A stretch of 54,517 bases of DNA, filler included, from Sphacelaria rigidula (GCA_964200075.2; 4 parts of 4 records of this genome joined end to end with filler, not necessarily neighbours in it), one strand, 5' to 3'. Counted from the first letter of the whole stretch, positions 1 through 13,977 are shown. Made by a program: numbers and translations. The notes: generated by a model not told the origin, from the letters alone.

Positions 1-90
1 TGGAATAAAAAAACGACTCACTTAATAAAGCGAATGATCAAAGCCACTCTCAATCGTATCATCTACTCTCAATATCATGAAAACACTGTT
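1..90. mobile_element. Right end of a family-B MITE, cut by the contig start
   Basis: CACTCTCAATCGTATCATCTACTCTCAATATCATGAAAAC matches the subterminal TIR of the element at 43075-43375. Confidence 0.6.
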
Positions 91-1734
91 GTTCATGGTC
101 ATACGCGTGCCCACTTCGTTCTTGCCTTCGGAATATTGATCTTTGTGGAATTTGGTAATCTGGGCGACGGGTAATCAGTAGCAGCATGGATATGGATATC
201 CATCCGGGATATGCGTCTGGGATACCCATCTGGGTTATGTAGGTTCACCTGAGGTACCCATTCGAGATTAGGATGTCCATGGCGAATATTGACAAGGAAT
301 GTCCGTCTGGGATACTCCATGATCCATCCCATCCATGTAAACCGCCTTTCTGAGACCTACCTTTACCAAGTAGATCATTCTGAAACGGGAACGCACGTCT
401 CTGATGTCTATTTGGACCTGAGATCTACCACATGGGGATCGGATTGGGACTTGGATGCCCGACTGGAATATCTCATTTGCCTCGACTAGATCATCGCATT
501 GAGAACCAATCTACTACTGCAACTACCCGCAAATTTCTCAACCCCAACATCCAATCGCAATACTTACCCTGAACTGAGTCCATGATAACGTTGCGTTGGT
601 GACCACACATTGGGATGAGCATATGCAGACGGAGGGTCGTGCGATTTGCATTGGTGAGGCGCACAGGTGGGCTAGCGTGCGCAGGTAAAGCACAACGTGT
701 GCTGCACTGGCAGGGCATGCTGCCGGATAAGCTGGAAAAGCATTCATCTCGGTGAGCGCGCGGCCACAAACCGCCGTGCCGCATAAAAAGAGAAGGACAT
801 CCCAAAATCTACATGTCAGGCGGACGTGACGCCTAAGATGAATATTTAATATTGGTTATATTGATGAAATGTGACAGATCGACCTGAGATCTAGGATAAA
901 TATTCTTAATCGATATCCATCTCGCACATCGATATCCTAGGCTTACTTTCATACTCCGAGAAAACATCACATCTGCACCTGAGATCCCACGTATAGCTTG
1001 CGCGACGAGGCAAGATGGTCCAACAGCACGCTGTTTTTGTTCATATATGCAGGCAATAAACGTGTACTTTTAGGCCAATGTCAGGCAATCACGTATAGTC
1101 GAGAGTGGACTTGATATACATTCTTCGTGATACCATGAAATGGCTTAGTGCTGTACCGTGGGTACCAATGTTTCCTGGTGTGAAGCCAACTCGTATCGCA
1201 ATCGAGCAACAACGGGCCTTCCCTTGTGAACTGCGTGTCAGACCTCGTGCACTAGCTCTGCAGCTTTTGTAAATATCCTGTACACTGTAGTAAAACATAC
1301 AAACGAGGTACTTGCTACTCGAAGACCGTTTCTAGTGACAAGGCTACCGGATCGCAACGCTCACGTTCTGACATCCGCGATATTAATAACCCCTTCCCCT
1401 TTCCTCTTTTCCCGTGCCGCCCGTACCGTCCTCCAGCGCCATTCCTTATGCACAGTCCTCGCGCGCACGAGGAGGTCGTTCACTAGCACACCCCGTAGTG
1501 CTCGCGATATCTGGCTGACGGTGCATGGAGGTTGATGGTCAAAGATTGAGGGATAGAGCACTACGCTTTTATCGCCCACGGTGTTTGTATCGTATCCAGC
1601 GTTTATCGCAATAATGGCCTCTACACGTATTGAACACCTTGGACGGGAAACCGTGTGTTTATTAAGTTCAGCTGATTGCGCGGGAGAGCTCGTCCAGAGC
1701 GCCTCGAGCTGTGCAATTTATTAACGGGGCATCC

Positions 1735-1990
1735 GAGCCATGCTATGGTAGGGGTGCACGTTTTTGGCGAAAATGTTTCTCGGGGTGTTGGATGGGTCAT
1801 TCTGAGAATCGGCATCATTTTTACTTGAAAAATACTGAAAATAATGATGCTGATTCACAAAAAGGCCCCTGCGTACATCTTCATGTCCGATCCCCGGATA
1901 TTTGGATTGCACAGTAAGCCCGATATATTTGGGCCCCTACAAAAAAATGATCCAGAAACAAAACGTGCAACCCCTATCGTAGCATGGCTC
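1735..1990. mobile_element. Sola2-like MITE, subfamily A1 (256 bp)
   Basis: ~30-bp TIR GAGCCATGCTATGGTAGGGGTGCACGTTTT / AAAACGTGCAACCCCTATCGTAGCATGGCTC; ATCC TSD on both sides; interior homologous to 53956-54208. Confidence 0.85.
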
Positions 1991-4710
1991 ATCCATCATA
2001 TTGATCAGACAGAACGCGCCTGGCGTGTCGTCGGCCGCTGCACATATTCCGGAGCAAACTTACCTTCTATGGTTCCCACACCGAGTAAATGTACGGGAGG
2101 TACCATGCGACCAGAACATGCAACTGGATGAGGTCTCGTCTGTACTTTTGCATGCGTGGTCCCAGCAACTAATATCTCAAGCTGCGACTTTCCATATTCT
2201 CCTCACCTCCTTATGTTTCACACCCCGTCTGCTCAAGAACCTGGCCTGTGCTTCAATATCCGTGCGCGCTTGTCGGATCTTGCCACAGGATAAGATTTTC
2301 GTAGACTGTTTAGCTACGAAAGCACGGCGAAGGACGAAACAATCCGAAAGATAGGGCTCAACAGCATGCCTTTACTGCGGGATGGAATCGATGTGCCCAG
2401 TGCAATGACTAAGGATATAAATGAGTCCGATTATCTTGGACTAGTATTTCTGCAGAGCTGGCCTCAAGGTTGATACCCGGAGCAAAAGTGCGAGCAAAAG
2501 TGCGAGCTTCAGGGAGCGGTCGTCAATCTGTTGGGCCGATCATGCTATCCTTCAGGTTTTGGAGAAAAGGAGGAGAGGGCGCGCGAGCATTATTGCCAAG
2601 CTTACCTGCGACCGCAGTGGTAGTTGCAGGTGCACGCCCACGTGTTCGGTGCGATCTGCATCGAGTTTTTCAAGGGGAAGAACCACGCCAACCACGCAAC
2701 GGAACTCGTATTATTGCACGATCGGTGGGTGAAGTGTAAAGAAAGTCAAGCCCTCAGGTGCAGTCAGCGCTGAATCAAGTATGCCAAACACACACACACA
2801 CGACACTAGCCGCGATCTGAATGTTTGTAACTCCTCCAGTGCAGCATAATAAGGTACTACGGTCTGCCCCCATTCGCCCGTACACTGCGGCACGCGTGCC
2901 CTCTCACCAACGTCACGGTCGACAGAGCACTACAACATCACGGTCGACACACAACTACCAGTCTCATTGCACACGTTTGAAGGCTTGTGAAAACGTTCGA
3001 AGTTCCTGAGGGAAAAGCAGCTCACACACCACGGTTCAACTATAATATGTGCGATAAACATTGTACTTTTTCATGATATCGTCAGCCACTTCACGCTCGA
3101 GTTCAACAGGGCTCGTCTCCCCTTGCATCGAGGAACGCTGACCTTGGTGTGAGTCGACCGTGAAATACATGTCCAGCAACACGACCTGCGTTGCAGCGTT
3201 CCCGCCCGTGCGCTATGCTTCTCCGGTTTCTCGAGTGATCTTTCTTCCTGACTGATGTAGTGCCCAGGCAACTGTTCCGTTTTCGAGCTGCTTCATCCCC
3301 CGTGATGTTGACAAGCGACTTATCAGCCCCAGCTCCAATCAAGTACTGACTGTTCGCGGCGAGCACCCTCATATCCTTGAGGATTGAGTCCACCGTCTTG
3401 GGCTCGAAGTTGTATATGTCACGCAAATGAGAACAATACCCGTGGAAGCGCTGCTCATCGAGGCGATGCGTCTGCCTAGAACGCAAAACGTCACTTGCGT
3501 CACAAAACACTTCTCGGAAGGCGGCTGTCGTAGAAGAAACAATGACAGTGATCGGCGCAAAAGGCACAGTCTTCCGAAACGATCATGTCAGACATCACTA
3601 CGTGACTAGGGGTCGTCCATTAGTATCCGTTTGTCTGTGAAGTGAAGGGCACGTTGAGGAATAATGCCGTTCAGAGGAACAAATGCAACAGAAATCAGAC
3701 GTCATTTTGACAAGTTTACCCAGCTTGCCCTCGCCTCACGATGCTTTGTGTAACGATTTCGTACACGGCATGGCGTATACGTCCTCACGATATCGAAAGT
3801 TAATGAGCGTGTTCATTTGCTGAAAGTAGAAGTGACGAGCAGGACTCACCTGGCCCACCTGAGGGTCAAAAGCTTGCTTCTTGCTCTCATGATCTCTCGT
3901 AAAATAGCTATATATCGTTGGCATTGGATGACCTTCTCGAGGTAAAGGTGGATCTGCGTTCGGAAGGCGGGATTCGTGCTTGCCTAAAAGTACAAACACA
4001 TGAGGTGAACGAATCAGAATCTATTGGGATGTCGTCAGAGGGCGGGAATGAGATGAAAGTAACACGGGTGCGGCAGTCGAGACGTCTACTGTGTAGATGA
4101 GCTGATTTTGCACCTACAGCAGCACTTGTGGATCGCTTTTCGAGAAGATGTAAGTCGGAGTAGAAATATTCATCAAGCAGAACCCAAGGACAGGTATCTT
4201 CCTTTCTACAAAAATACAAATACACGCACGTACAGATTCTCGGCGAACGCAGCTGAAAACAACAACGGTAACAAGTCCGAGCACCCTTTGATGCACAGCC
4301 GTGGACCTCAGCTCTTTCACAACGCTCTACTCTCTAGAGCTACATCACTGTTCGACAGACGTTGAGCTCGTACATTTTTGAACCGTGTATCAGTCGTGTC
4401 TCACTCTTAGCATAGTTGCAATCACGTCTGCAGCCGCTGATCGTCGTCGGCGATCCACGACCTCTCTTGCCATCGCTGCTTTTAGCCTCATGGTGAACAC
4501 CACCTTTTGGATTGCAGAGCCGGAGCCTCGAACCATAGTCCATGTTCGTCGAACCCGACCGCTTCGCCACATTTGCTGGCCAAGGGGTTACAATGGAAAG
4601 AACGTAGAGAAAAACTGACAGGTACAACTGAAGAATTCGCCATGACGACCACTACATCTGGCCGTAAGCCGACTTGTAGGTAATGTCCACGGAAGCAGCT
4701 ATCTTGTGCC

Positions 4711-5483
4711 TCAGTTGAATTTTATTTTCGAAATGCAACCAATAAACCATCGCGTGAAAAACTTGTCAACTTGGTCTGTGACGTTGCAGATTCCCCAAAG
4801 CCACCAACAAATCGTGACAGTATAAGCCGCTAGAATATCCAATGCATGCGGAGGTTGATCAATGATATCCAGGCAGCAAAGTTCGACCCAAAGATCGAGC
4901 TTAGCTGGCAAACTCTCGAATAGCACCAGCATAAAACATAAAAGCACATCAGACTAATGCCGAGATAGCCCCCCCACAAAAAGTGCAAGGGAAATCGTCC
5001 GACAAACCGGCTGCAATCTCACTATTGGGCTCGTTTTCAGCGATTTCGCCCACATGAGAGGCGTGTAGCAGTCTGAAATCAGTCAAAACGCCCAAATGAG
5101 TCGCGTCGTGCAGCACGAAACCACCTCTGACGACGTTTATGATCATCGTCTCCGTGCATTTTTCTGGTCGGTTCGGGGGGGGGCTATCTTGGCAGCAGTC
5201 ATTGGCAAAATAAGCCGTTCGTGTACCTGAATTTGAATTGTGGCCATTTCCCGGCGGCTAGATTCCATTTTAAGATTCTTCGTATCTTCAAAGTTTCGCT
5301 TCCACGCCAAGAACTGGAGCAGTTGGACGGAACATTTGTCGACAAGGAAGTGTTGAAATCGTTTTTTACGAAATGAACTTCACAAGGCTGCGAGCTGGGC
5401 CATCCTAGCAGAGGCTTCAAACTGTCACAACCATATCTCGCCGACGCAAACGATTTGAGCCATGATCCGGACACCTTGCTCAT
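4711..5483 (-). pseudogene. Decayed multicopy coding-like sequence of unknown function, probably element-borne
   Basis: Chained minus-strand ORFs broken by stops and frameshifts; 4950-5200 is homologous to 13676-13925 at DNA and peptide level (HDAxHLGVxxDxRLxHxSHVGxIAxNEPNSxIAAGLSDDxxCTFCG). Confidence 0.45.
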
Positions 5484-7344
5484 TGTCTAATCAAGGGGGA
5501 AATGCACATATGCTCAACAGCCCAATCATATGTTTTTCGTTTATTAAACGCCACGTCAAGTAAATACCGTGTCGTACGAAGATATCTCGATACTAAAGTT
5601 TGTACGAAGCCCTATATATTATCCATAAAAGACGCCAATGTTTGGTTCGAGTATTCAGGGGAAACGATCACCAACCTCACCTTGACGAAATTCGATATTT
5701 TTCGAGAGATATTGCGTGTATAACATTCTACACTGAGCCCTTCTACGATAGCCCCCCGCCCTCCGAACCAGCCCAGAACTGTCACGAAGAAAATAGTCAT
5801 GCAGCGCCTGACGCTTTGTTTCAGGCTGCATGACGCGCCTCATGCGGGCGACGTTGGCGCGAAAATGAACCCAAGCGTGGGAATTTTCAGCTGCTCGCTG
5901 CGCTCGCCTTTTTTCATTTCGATTTACGTGTAGATTGACCTCCCCACGCCAGCCGCATTTTTTTCGGGACAGCTATTGTATCGTAAAAAGAGTACACTGA
6001 ATTCAACACATTGCACTAACTGCGCGAAATGTAGATTACTTTCATGGGGGTTGATCCAAGACGGTGATGATTTCTTGAGGATTTCGTTTTTCGAGAGTTG
6101 TTGAAGTTTTCGTGAGAAGTTGATTTTGTTTTTTGTCGTTACTTGTCAGGAAAATATGTCACCGACTTGAATTAAGTATTTTTACTATTCTCATGCCATG
6201 ATCCCTGCCGAATTTCGAAGCACAACTCTTGAAACCGAGCTCATCAATTACCCGCATCGCATTCATCCAAGCCTGGTCCAGCTCGTGCAGGAAGGCACAA
6301 CGCTTACGGCGTACTCCAATCATCAGGAATGGTTGGCAAGCGCACCCGAGATATTCGTAGATCAGGTACTCGCCCATGCCCCTATTCGTAGTGGCGCTCG
6401 GGAGACTTCCAGCGCAGGTCGGATGCTCGGCTTCGTTACCCTAAGAACGATTGATTGAGCTCCCATTACTACCTTTACGGCAACTTTCGCGTCGAAACAT
6501 TTCGAATTGCACTACATCCATTCAACCTAATATTCGGTTAATTGAAATTCTTCACGGTGAGTTCTTCTCCAATCACCATAACTGTGTTTTCCGAAAGCGC
6601 CAGTTACCACAAATAGCGTGGGCAATACGAAACCAAATATCGTTAGCCTGTTACATGAACCCAGCCGACCTTATATCGAGACGGCCGTTCTCCTCTCACC
6701 ATAGCTGCGCACGCCACGATAACCGTAAGGTCCCTCTGTCGCCCTTGATCCCTACTCTTGTCCGTCGGTCGACAGTCATGAGCAACAGCGGCGGCCGAAT
6801 GATCCGTGATTTTTCTGAGACGTTCTTCCTCGTATACCCTAAAGCAATCCAGTCCAACGTGCAAACAGATGAGTACGCACGATGAGTTGTACCTCACATA
6901 TTCAAGCAAGAGCTGAGTGGTGCTCCATGCGGCCAGCCGCGGCACCGCAGGGGCACAGAGATGTTGGACGCATGAGAAGAAAAGAGTATATGTAGGGTGG
7001 TGAGTGCGAGCAGAAACAATATTATCGACGGCAGGTTCATGAAGTGTGCTGAGGGGTGGTTGTGAAAATTTGTCAGCACGCAGTGGTGAGATGCGGATGC
7101 ACTCAAAGCGAGTGTGGTACCACCACCTCCTGGGCGCCAGTGATTTCAGCGACCAGCATCGACACGTGTACATTGCGCAGTTTGGCTGGATTAGTAATTT
7201 CTACGGGTAATCGTTTTCGCAAAGCCGTGGTGGGGTTGCGTGCTTATGAGACGAAGGGCGGTTCACATTTGCGTAATTTCAAGTAAGTGCTGTGCCATGA
7301 CGTTGGGTGATACGGGACACGTTCTACATAAGTCGGGCTATATA

Positions 7345-7705
7345 GCCGGTCGCCCCGGTGGCTCAGTTGTTAACCTCAAAGCCTTCTGACAGTTGGGTCG
7401 TGGGTTCGAAGCTCGGAGCGATCTGGGATTCTTTCCACACCATGCCCAACAGTGGAGAGCGACGATGTCGTTGGTACACAAAGTTCGACTTATCGGTCGA
7501 CGAGGGAAAGGGACTGCTACACCCCTCTCGCGATAAAAATCAAGGCAAGCACCGCAGAAGGAAGGTAAAGTACAAAAAAAAAAAACACTCCGGTGTTGAC
7601 CCTCCTCCTGTGTGACCCCGGCTGGTGATCCATATATACCAAAAGGTTCAGGCTGGGGTCCAGCATAGATGGGACGACAACACAACACACGTGATGTACG
7701 AAATT
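7345..7705 (+). mobile_element. tRNA-derived SINE
   Basis: Pol III A box TGGCTCAGTTG (~7359) and B box GGTTCGAAG (~7403), followed by a ~290-bp non-tRNA body; homologous copies at ~34900-35262 and ~35945-36215. Confidence 0.7.
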
Positions 7706-10700
7706 GAGTAAATCTCGTGCACAACCGTTTGAGAAAAGTATGGAATACAGCACCTTTTGCGCCGAAGAACCTCCTCGGCGTGAGCTTTGCCTTCTGATCT
7801 TCTGTGTTTCGTATCTTCGCCTGGAACATAGTTATGCCCCACAAGGCGTACGCCCCGTCCCGTTCGTCGCGCATGACTCGAACTATCATTTCCAACGATA
7901 CCACTGTCACCACCTCTACTCTCATCGCTGTGCTTGAGGTTTTCGCGATTGCCGTCTCTGGTGGCGCCACCTGGGGTATCATTTCAGCAACCTCAAGTCA
8001 GTGAAATAACGGCGAGCTGGTAAAAATACTTGTCACTCATATATACTTTATATAGGTGGAAACCTGGTATATGAAATAAAACGACGGGCGCTAGTTGTAA
8101 AGCGTAACGTTCACACCACCGAGCGAGTATGTTTAAGGCTACCGTGGAATCACTATTGGTGATAACCGGGAGAAACTTTGGGACCCTGTCACACCCTCGT
8201 GTAGTTCCAGGAACTGGGGCAGTATCATTGTATCGGTTCCGGAAACAACACGTTTCTCTTCTCCCTCACAAACCAGGTAACGCGCATTTTCGGACCTCTT
8301 GTCCGCCACCTCGCGTGATCACGTTTTCAGAAACGTTCAAGGCAGGTAACCGTATCGGAGGATACTAGAACCCCATCGAAAGCTAACTCCAAGAGCAGTT
8401 GCACGAATCCATTTGCATTACATCCCGTCTACTACCGGAAGGCTGTCGTCGTTTGCTGTGTGAATAACTGCATACTGCAGATGACTTGCCCTGGTCATGT
8501 ACGTCTTCGGTTGGTGTCCGGGAGTCGTGGGTGCGACAATGTCCCCCCTTGCGTACGTGCTGACCCACCCGATTCACCAAGTCCCGCCTTGCGTCTGCAG
8601 ATTTCCGTAAGTTCGATATCTCCGCCTCTACTCCTCTAAGCGCTGCGCTTCGCCTGAAACCAATTTGGAGTCGACGAACGACAGGGTGTTACAGTACCGT
8701 GTTCACATTTCACGTACGCTGGCGTGTCACACTTATCGAATCGAACATTACCGATGTCTCGCTTCTATTCCAACCAAGGCATTGACGGGGGGTACTGATG
8801 AATTTCTACTCTATTGGACAATCTGGAAGGGTTCAAAGCGCGGAACTACGCACCACACGCCTAGCAACGAGAGTTGACCCACACACCACAACGTGTACTC
8901 ACGCTATGGACCGCACTCACGCCATGGGCTGACTGCTGCCTGGAGGAGGTACACGTGCTCGTGGTTTTGCTCCCCGTTTCCCTTCCGAGGAGGATTTTCC
9001 TATAGTTCGCTTCAACCTTGGTAGGCTTCCCTCTGACTTCGATAACGCCATAGTTTTTCGTGCTCGGCATTCGGGTTTCGAGATTTTGGCCATTAGCGAA
9101 GCGACCGTAGAGTAACCTTGTGTGTTGATTACGCTCGGCCGAACCGGCACGCTCCTGCTGCGATGTCGTATCGGCCGATCGCTCGCTTGGATGCTACTAC
9201 CGTCCTGGAGTCGTCGGGGGGCGAAGCAATACGCAGAGACTGCGTATTGGTTACTGTGCAGGTCATCATGCATCAGCGCCATCACTGGAAACGAATCGCT
9301 GCTGTGGGTGGCTGCTCGTTTGTCGTTATCCTGTGTGTACTTGAACTGCTGTGGTCTTGTGTACTTTTGAACTGTTGTGGCCTTGTGCCAGTTCCGCGGT
9401 TTTAGTTTCATGAAAAATATCGACGTTATTTTTCACCGGTAGTCGTACGCTCATCATGTGACCACGGCTGGATCCCTGAAGAGTCATTTAAAGTATGGCA
9501 ATCAATCATGATCAAGCAATACGCAAGGTGCGCAGTGATCAGCAAAACTGTGCTATGGTACGGTGCCCACCCTTCAGGAAATCACCCGCGCACGATAGTA
9601 GCAACACCAAGGAACTACTGATTGGTGAAAGAAGAATTCTCTCACTTGCGTGGGTGACCGCGGCGACAACCCTTCCACAGCAATTGCTCTAGCTTTCCTG
9701 AGAACGGGAGATGTCGTATCCTCATCAGTCCAAGAAGAATCGCTCGAATAGTGATGCGAGGACTCGTATCCTTCGCAACTCTCCGGATTTAATCTGAGAA
9801 GGCTGCTGTTGCTGTCTGCTCCTGTTCCTCGCTTCTCGGAGATCGTTTCGGGACCACGAGCCTCTGAGTTGGACTTCTGCTCTACTGGGTCGCGTGACTT
9901 GTTATTTGTTTTATTAACTCTCACTGAGTTTTTAAAGACACCATGCCGCCTGGAGTCATGATCTCCTTGATCTTCGGTATGCCTGAGGGAATCGGCAGGG
10001 TGGACAGTGGCCAACAATGTTCGATTCTATAACAGGGAGGCGAACTTTGGTCGACGGCAAGACAGTAAGGATGGCTATGGCCAATCTGTTGGTGTGCCTG
10101 TGTGCAACTCGTATCCGCACAGGATTTTGTGCCGAATGTCACAATCGCACAGCATGGCACACACCCATCCACGAGTATGCTGATAGTGCATGTTTCAGCA
10201 GTAACATTAGCCAACTCTCGGTTACTGAAATTGGTGGCGCGTCAGAGTTGATATAGATTCCAGTTGCTCACGGACACTTGAAGATCGCGCAATCGTTTGT
10301 ATACTCGGGGTAGCGCATATCGTTTGACATGTCTCCGTGCGTGTTTCTTCGGATGCAAGCACCTGTGATGCCAAAGCCACTTTCGCCCGCAACCCTTCTG
10401 GCGTTTGATCTGTGGGAAGACTTGTGTTGACTGTGTGCACTCATGCCCTTGCTCCCTGTGATGCACGAACTCCAGATCGTGCATCACCAATTTCCAGGCG
10501 TTGTCCATCTGAGCATTTTCGATTATGACCACGACGGCAAAATTACTCAACACCTTGAGACCGCGAACTTCGCATGAGTATGGTGTGGCAATAGGGCTCT
10601 GGCTACGGTACTGTTCGAACCAGTAGCCTGAATTGAAGGGAAGCATCACCGTCCTGCTTGGTTGCAGTGTCACATCCATGAGCACAATTGAGAAGCACTT

Positions 10701-12257
10701 CCAAGCCAAGCGGCGCCGTGCAATAGACGGATGATCTGCATATACATGCGCCCACGATCACCTCATACGAATCATCACAGTACAGATTACGGGAGTACCC
10801 AACGTTCAGATGCTCAGCAAGAACGCGCGAAACTATAATATTCAAATACGGTGGCAACATGTGCTTCATTGCCCTACTCAACGGGATCGGGTATATACCA
10901 CTGTTGACGAGACGGGGGTAAGATATGCTCTTGAATGGCCGTCAAAGGTCTGAAGCTTTTCCGGACTAGTGCACCATGTATCTCTTGTACCGCGGTACCG
11001 TGGCATGGGGAACGTGTTGTGACTGCGGTACTATACGACGAGGATAAGAGACCAACAAACCTTGGCGGCAAATCCATCCACCGTCTGGGGCGTGGGTGGT
11101 AATATGTAAGCGCCCACGATGTCCTCCATGATGTACTTGTTCCTCGTACATTCCAGTGGGAAAGCTGTGAGGCTGCCAACACGAGGTTGCCATCGAGGGC
11201 GAGTGGCGCAACCGTAATTTCCTGCGTATATTTTAACCGGCGGCGATTGCCCCGCATCTTCTCGGTTCTGTTTACAAGCAGGTGGGTTGCGTCCTGCGTC
11301 CTGCGACCGCCACTCGACAGCAGCTGTGGATCCTTGAGACTTCCAACCTTTGCCGACATCGCGGATGTTCACGTCCCTAAGGCATGGTTGTGTGTAGAAG
11401 AGCCTTACGAGTTCGTCGCGTATGGCAGAAAGACATATAATCGGGGCAAGAAGACACACGGTGCACGTGGCTTGTGCATCTTTATCTGTACACACGTCGT
11501 GAGTATCGCAACCTACCGCACTGATGCGGAGACGGTCTGGACTCGACCAGCAATGCAACGTGTCATGATGGACGGTCCAAAATAGCCCCTCTGACACTAA
11601 AATCCCCGTGCAGAATACCTGCAGAACACTCGCGAGACCTTCGCAGGTCGTGTGAAAAGGGCAATGCTATTTCCAAGTCGCGAGTTGGACATATAACTTA
11701 AAGTAGTGGGCGATCTAACTATCCATTTTGTGGCATTTTGTGATTTTTTCGTAACTGGCAATTTTTTTGAGCCCAATTCGCTTGCCATCGCTTACGAGTA
11801 TCACACTGGGGAACTGAGGATATTTGTATCCGCTTCACGTCCCAAGAAAAAAAACATATGTACTCCATATTGAGCTTACGGGCTGACCGGTCATCGGGGG
11901 TCCTGCCACGTTTCAGCTCAGATTATTACTCTTCGGTATCTTCGGTCGATCGAGCCTGTCCCGATCATATTTGTATTTGTCCAGAAATGTGCAGTTTATG
12001 CTCTTGAAGTTCCACCTAGTCTTGCACTAGAGCCGAAAAAGTGTGTTTTACTTTCAATAACACCCTCCTGATAAACGGAGTATTTACTCGTATCGCCCGA
12101 TAACACAAGGTAACACTGCCTTGGGCACTGTGTTTCGAGGACGATCTGTTTATTGTAGCAAAATTTTCCGACGCTAGCAATTTCAAGTTCGATCGCAAGG
12201 TAGCACGCTAGGAAAACCACAAAACACCCCTGAATAGTTAGACCGCCCACCACTCTT

Positions 12258-12836
12258 GTATGTCCAACTCGCGGCTTGGAAACAGTTGTGTCCAAGTCCA
12301 GCTGCGATTCGACTACCTGCCCGCGTTCGTCTCATGTGCCTTGCATCGACACCAGAACATCCCCGGAATATACTCACACAATCCGTAGACATCCTTCGAG
12401 CCATCGCATGGTGCAAACGGCCTCGTGGCGTACGAGAAACGCGCCTGCTGCACAGTGCCAAAAAATACCGCCGCCCGACTGGAGGTGGACATAAGCTATG
12501 TCCAAGTCGCGACTTGGCCATAGCTTATGTCCACTTCCAGCGACTGCCCGCGCTTGTCCCACGTGCCTTGCATCGACACCACAGCAGCTGCAATGTACTC
12601 ACACAGTCCGTATTCATCGTTGAAGCCATCGCACGGTGCAAACGACCTCGTAGCGGACGAGGAACGCGCCTGCTACACACCGTGCCAAAAATTACCACCG
12701 CCCGACTGGAGTTACGCGTGAGCTATGTCCACATCCAGCGAGTGAAATACCTGTCCGCGTTTGTCCCACATGCCTTGTATCGACACCACAGCAGCTACAG
12801 TACACTCAGACAGTCCGTAGCCACCGTTCAAGCCTT
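12258..12836. repeat. Tandem array of ~200-230 bp units with inverted ends (MITE-like), about 2.5 copies
   Basis: Repeated TGCCTTGCATCGACACC...ACTCACACAGTCCGTA...GCGCCTGCTGCACA...CCGACTGGAG; units bounded by TATGTCCACTTCCAG / CTGGAGGTGGACATA. Confidence 0.75.
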
Positions 12837-13337
12837 CGTGGGCCTCTAGATATACATCATTGGCCTTCTTCCTCGCAGCTCCTACAGCCGTGGGAAATCG
12901 ACCCAGTGGTTGTGTGTCGAGGACACCGTCAGTGCGACGAAGAAAGGGTCGATTCATGGAGCCACCTTTGCGGCTGGTACACGTTATCCGCACTTCGTAC
13001 CCAAGATCCCCAGGTTACACGGGCAGTGGGCAATATACATAGAGCGTGTATGAAGATGGTAGCACCGGTCTCACCGTTGATAACGTACGATGTGAGACAC
13101 ATGAGCAGCGTGTACATTTCTGGTTCATTGAACACTGTCTGTAGATACATGCTCACGCTGCCTGAAACCTCAGTGCATCGCGGAATAATTCCGGTAAAAC
13201 GTACTAGCGGCAACTTCCTGTTAGCGTTCTTGTCTGCAACGGGGCTGCTATCAATCGCAAGCACATGATAACCTGCTCCCATGCCCTCAGCCAACATAGC
13301 CTGTATCCAAGTTGCGTGAGTCGCGTTTGTGAAAAAA

Positions 13338-13510
13338 AGCTATGTCAAAGTCCAGTCCGGAGCAGATGTATTTTTTAGCACTGTGTGCAGCAGGCGCGCC
13401 TTCCCTCCGCTACGACACCGCACGATGGCTTGAACGGTGGCTACGGACTGTGTGAGTGTCTTGCAGCTGCTGTGGTGTCGAAGAATAGCACATGGGACGA
13501 GCTCGAACAC
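13338..13510 (-). repeat. Inverted copy of the 12258-12836 repeat unit
   Basis: TGTGCAGCAGGCGCG...GGCTTGAACGGTGGCTACGGACTGTGTGAGT...GTGGTGTCGA is the reverse complement of the unit. Confidence 0.75.
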
Positions 13511-13555
13511 ACTCACCTCCGCTCTCATGTGCTGCAGCTATCACTGCTCTGTGGT

Positions 13556-13655
13556 NNNNNNNNNNNNNNNNNNNNNNNNNNNNNNNNNNNNNNNNNNNNT
13601 TAATTAATTAANNNNNNNNNNNNNNNNNNNNNNNNNNNNNNNNNNNNNNNNNNNN
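13556..13655. other. Artificial contig spacer (44 N + TTAATTAATTAA + 44 N)
   Basis: Exactly 100 bp with a six-frame stop linker; identical spacers occur at 27211 and 40865. Confidence 0.98.
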
Positions 13656-13977
13656 TACACTGGGAACAGAAACCAACCAATGCCGAGATAGCCCTCCCAC
13701 AAAAAGTGCACCGGAGATCGTCCGACAAACCGGCTGCGATTCCACTATTGGGCTCATTTGCAGCAATGCCGCCAACATGAGAGGTGTGTTGCAGTCTCAA
13801 ATCAGCTATAACGCCCAAATGAGCCGCGTCGTGCACTACGAAACCAGCTCTAACGGCATTTATGATCGTCGCCTCCGTGCACTTTTTTGGCCGGTTCGGG
13901 AGGGGGGCTATTTCGGCAGCAGTCAACCACGGAGAATAGCCGGAGACTACTTTCCGATGGTAACGGCGCTTAGACAC
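13656..13977 (-). pseudogene. Second copy of the unknown coding-like repeat seen at 4950-5200
   Basis: Peptide ...HDAAHLGVIADLRLQHTSHVGGIAANEPNSGIAAGLSDDLRCTFCGRAISALV aligns with ORF 4949-5146; open to the contig edge. Confidence 0.5.

Noticed and set aside
7345-7420. tRNA gene
   Set aside because: No clean cloverleaf, and homology with other copies continues ~290 bp, which fits a SINE.
10900-10990. DEAD-box Q-motif look-alike (EIHGALVRKSFRPLTAIQEHILP, minus strand)
   Set aside because: No downstream GxGKT or DEAD motif was seen; probably chance.
12256-12849. 197-aa repeat-protein ORF or CRISPR-like array
   Set aside because: Units are ~210 bp without unique spacers, occur inverted nearby and have no protein motif.
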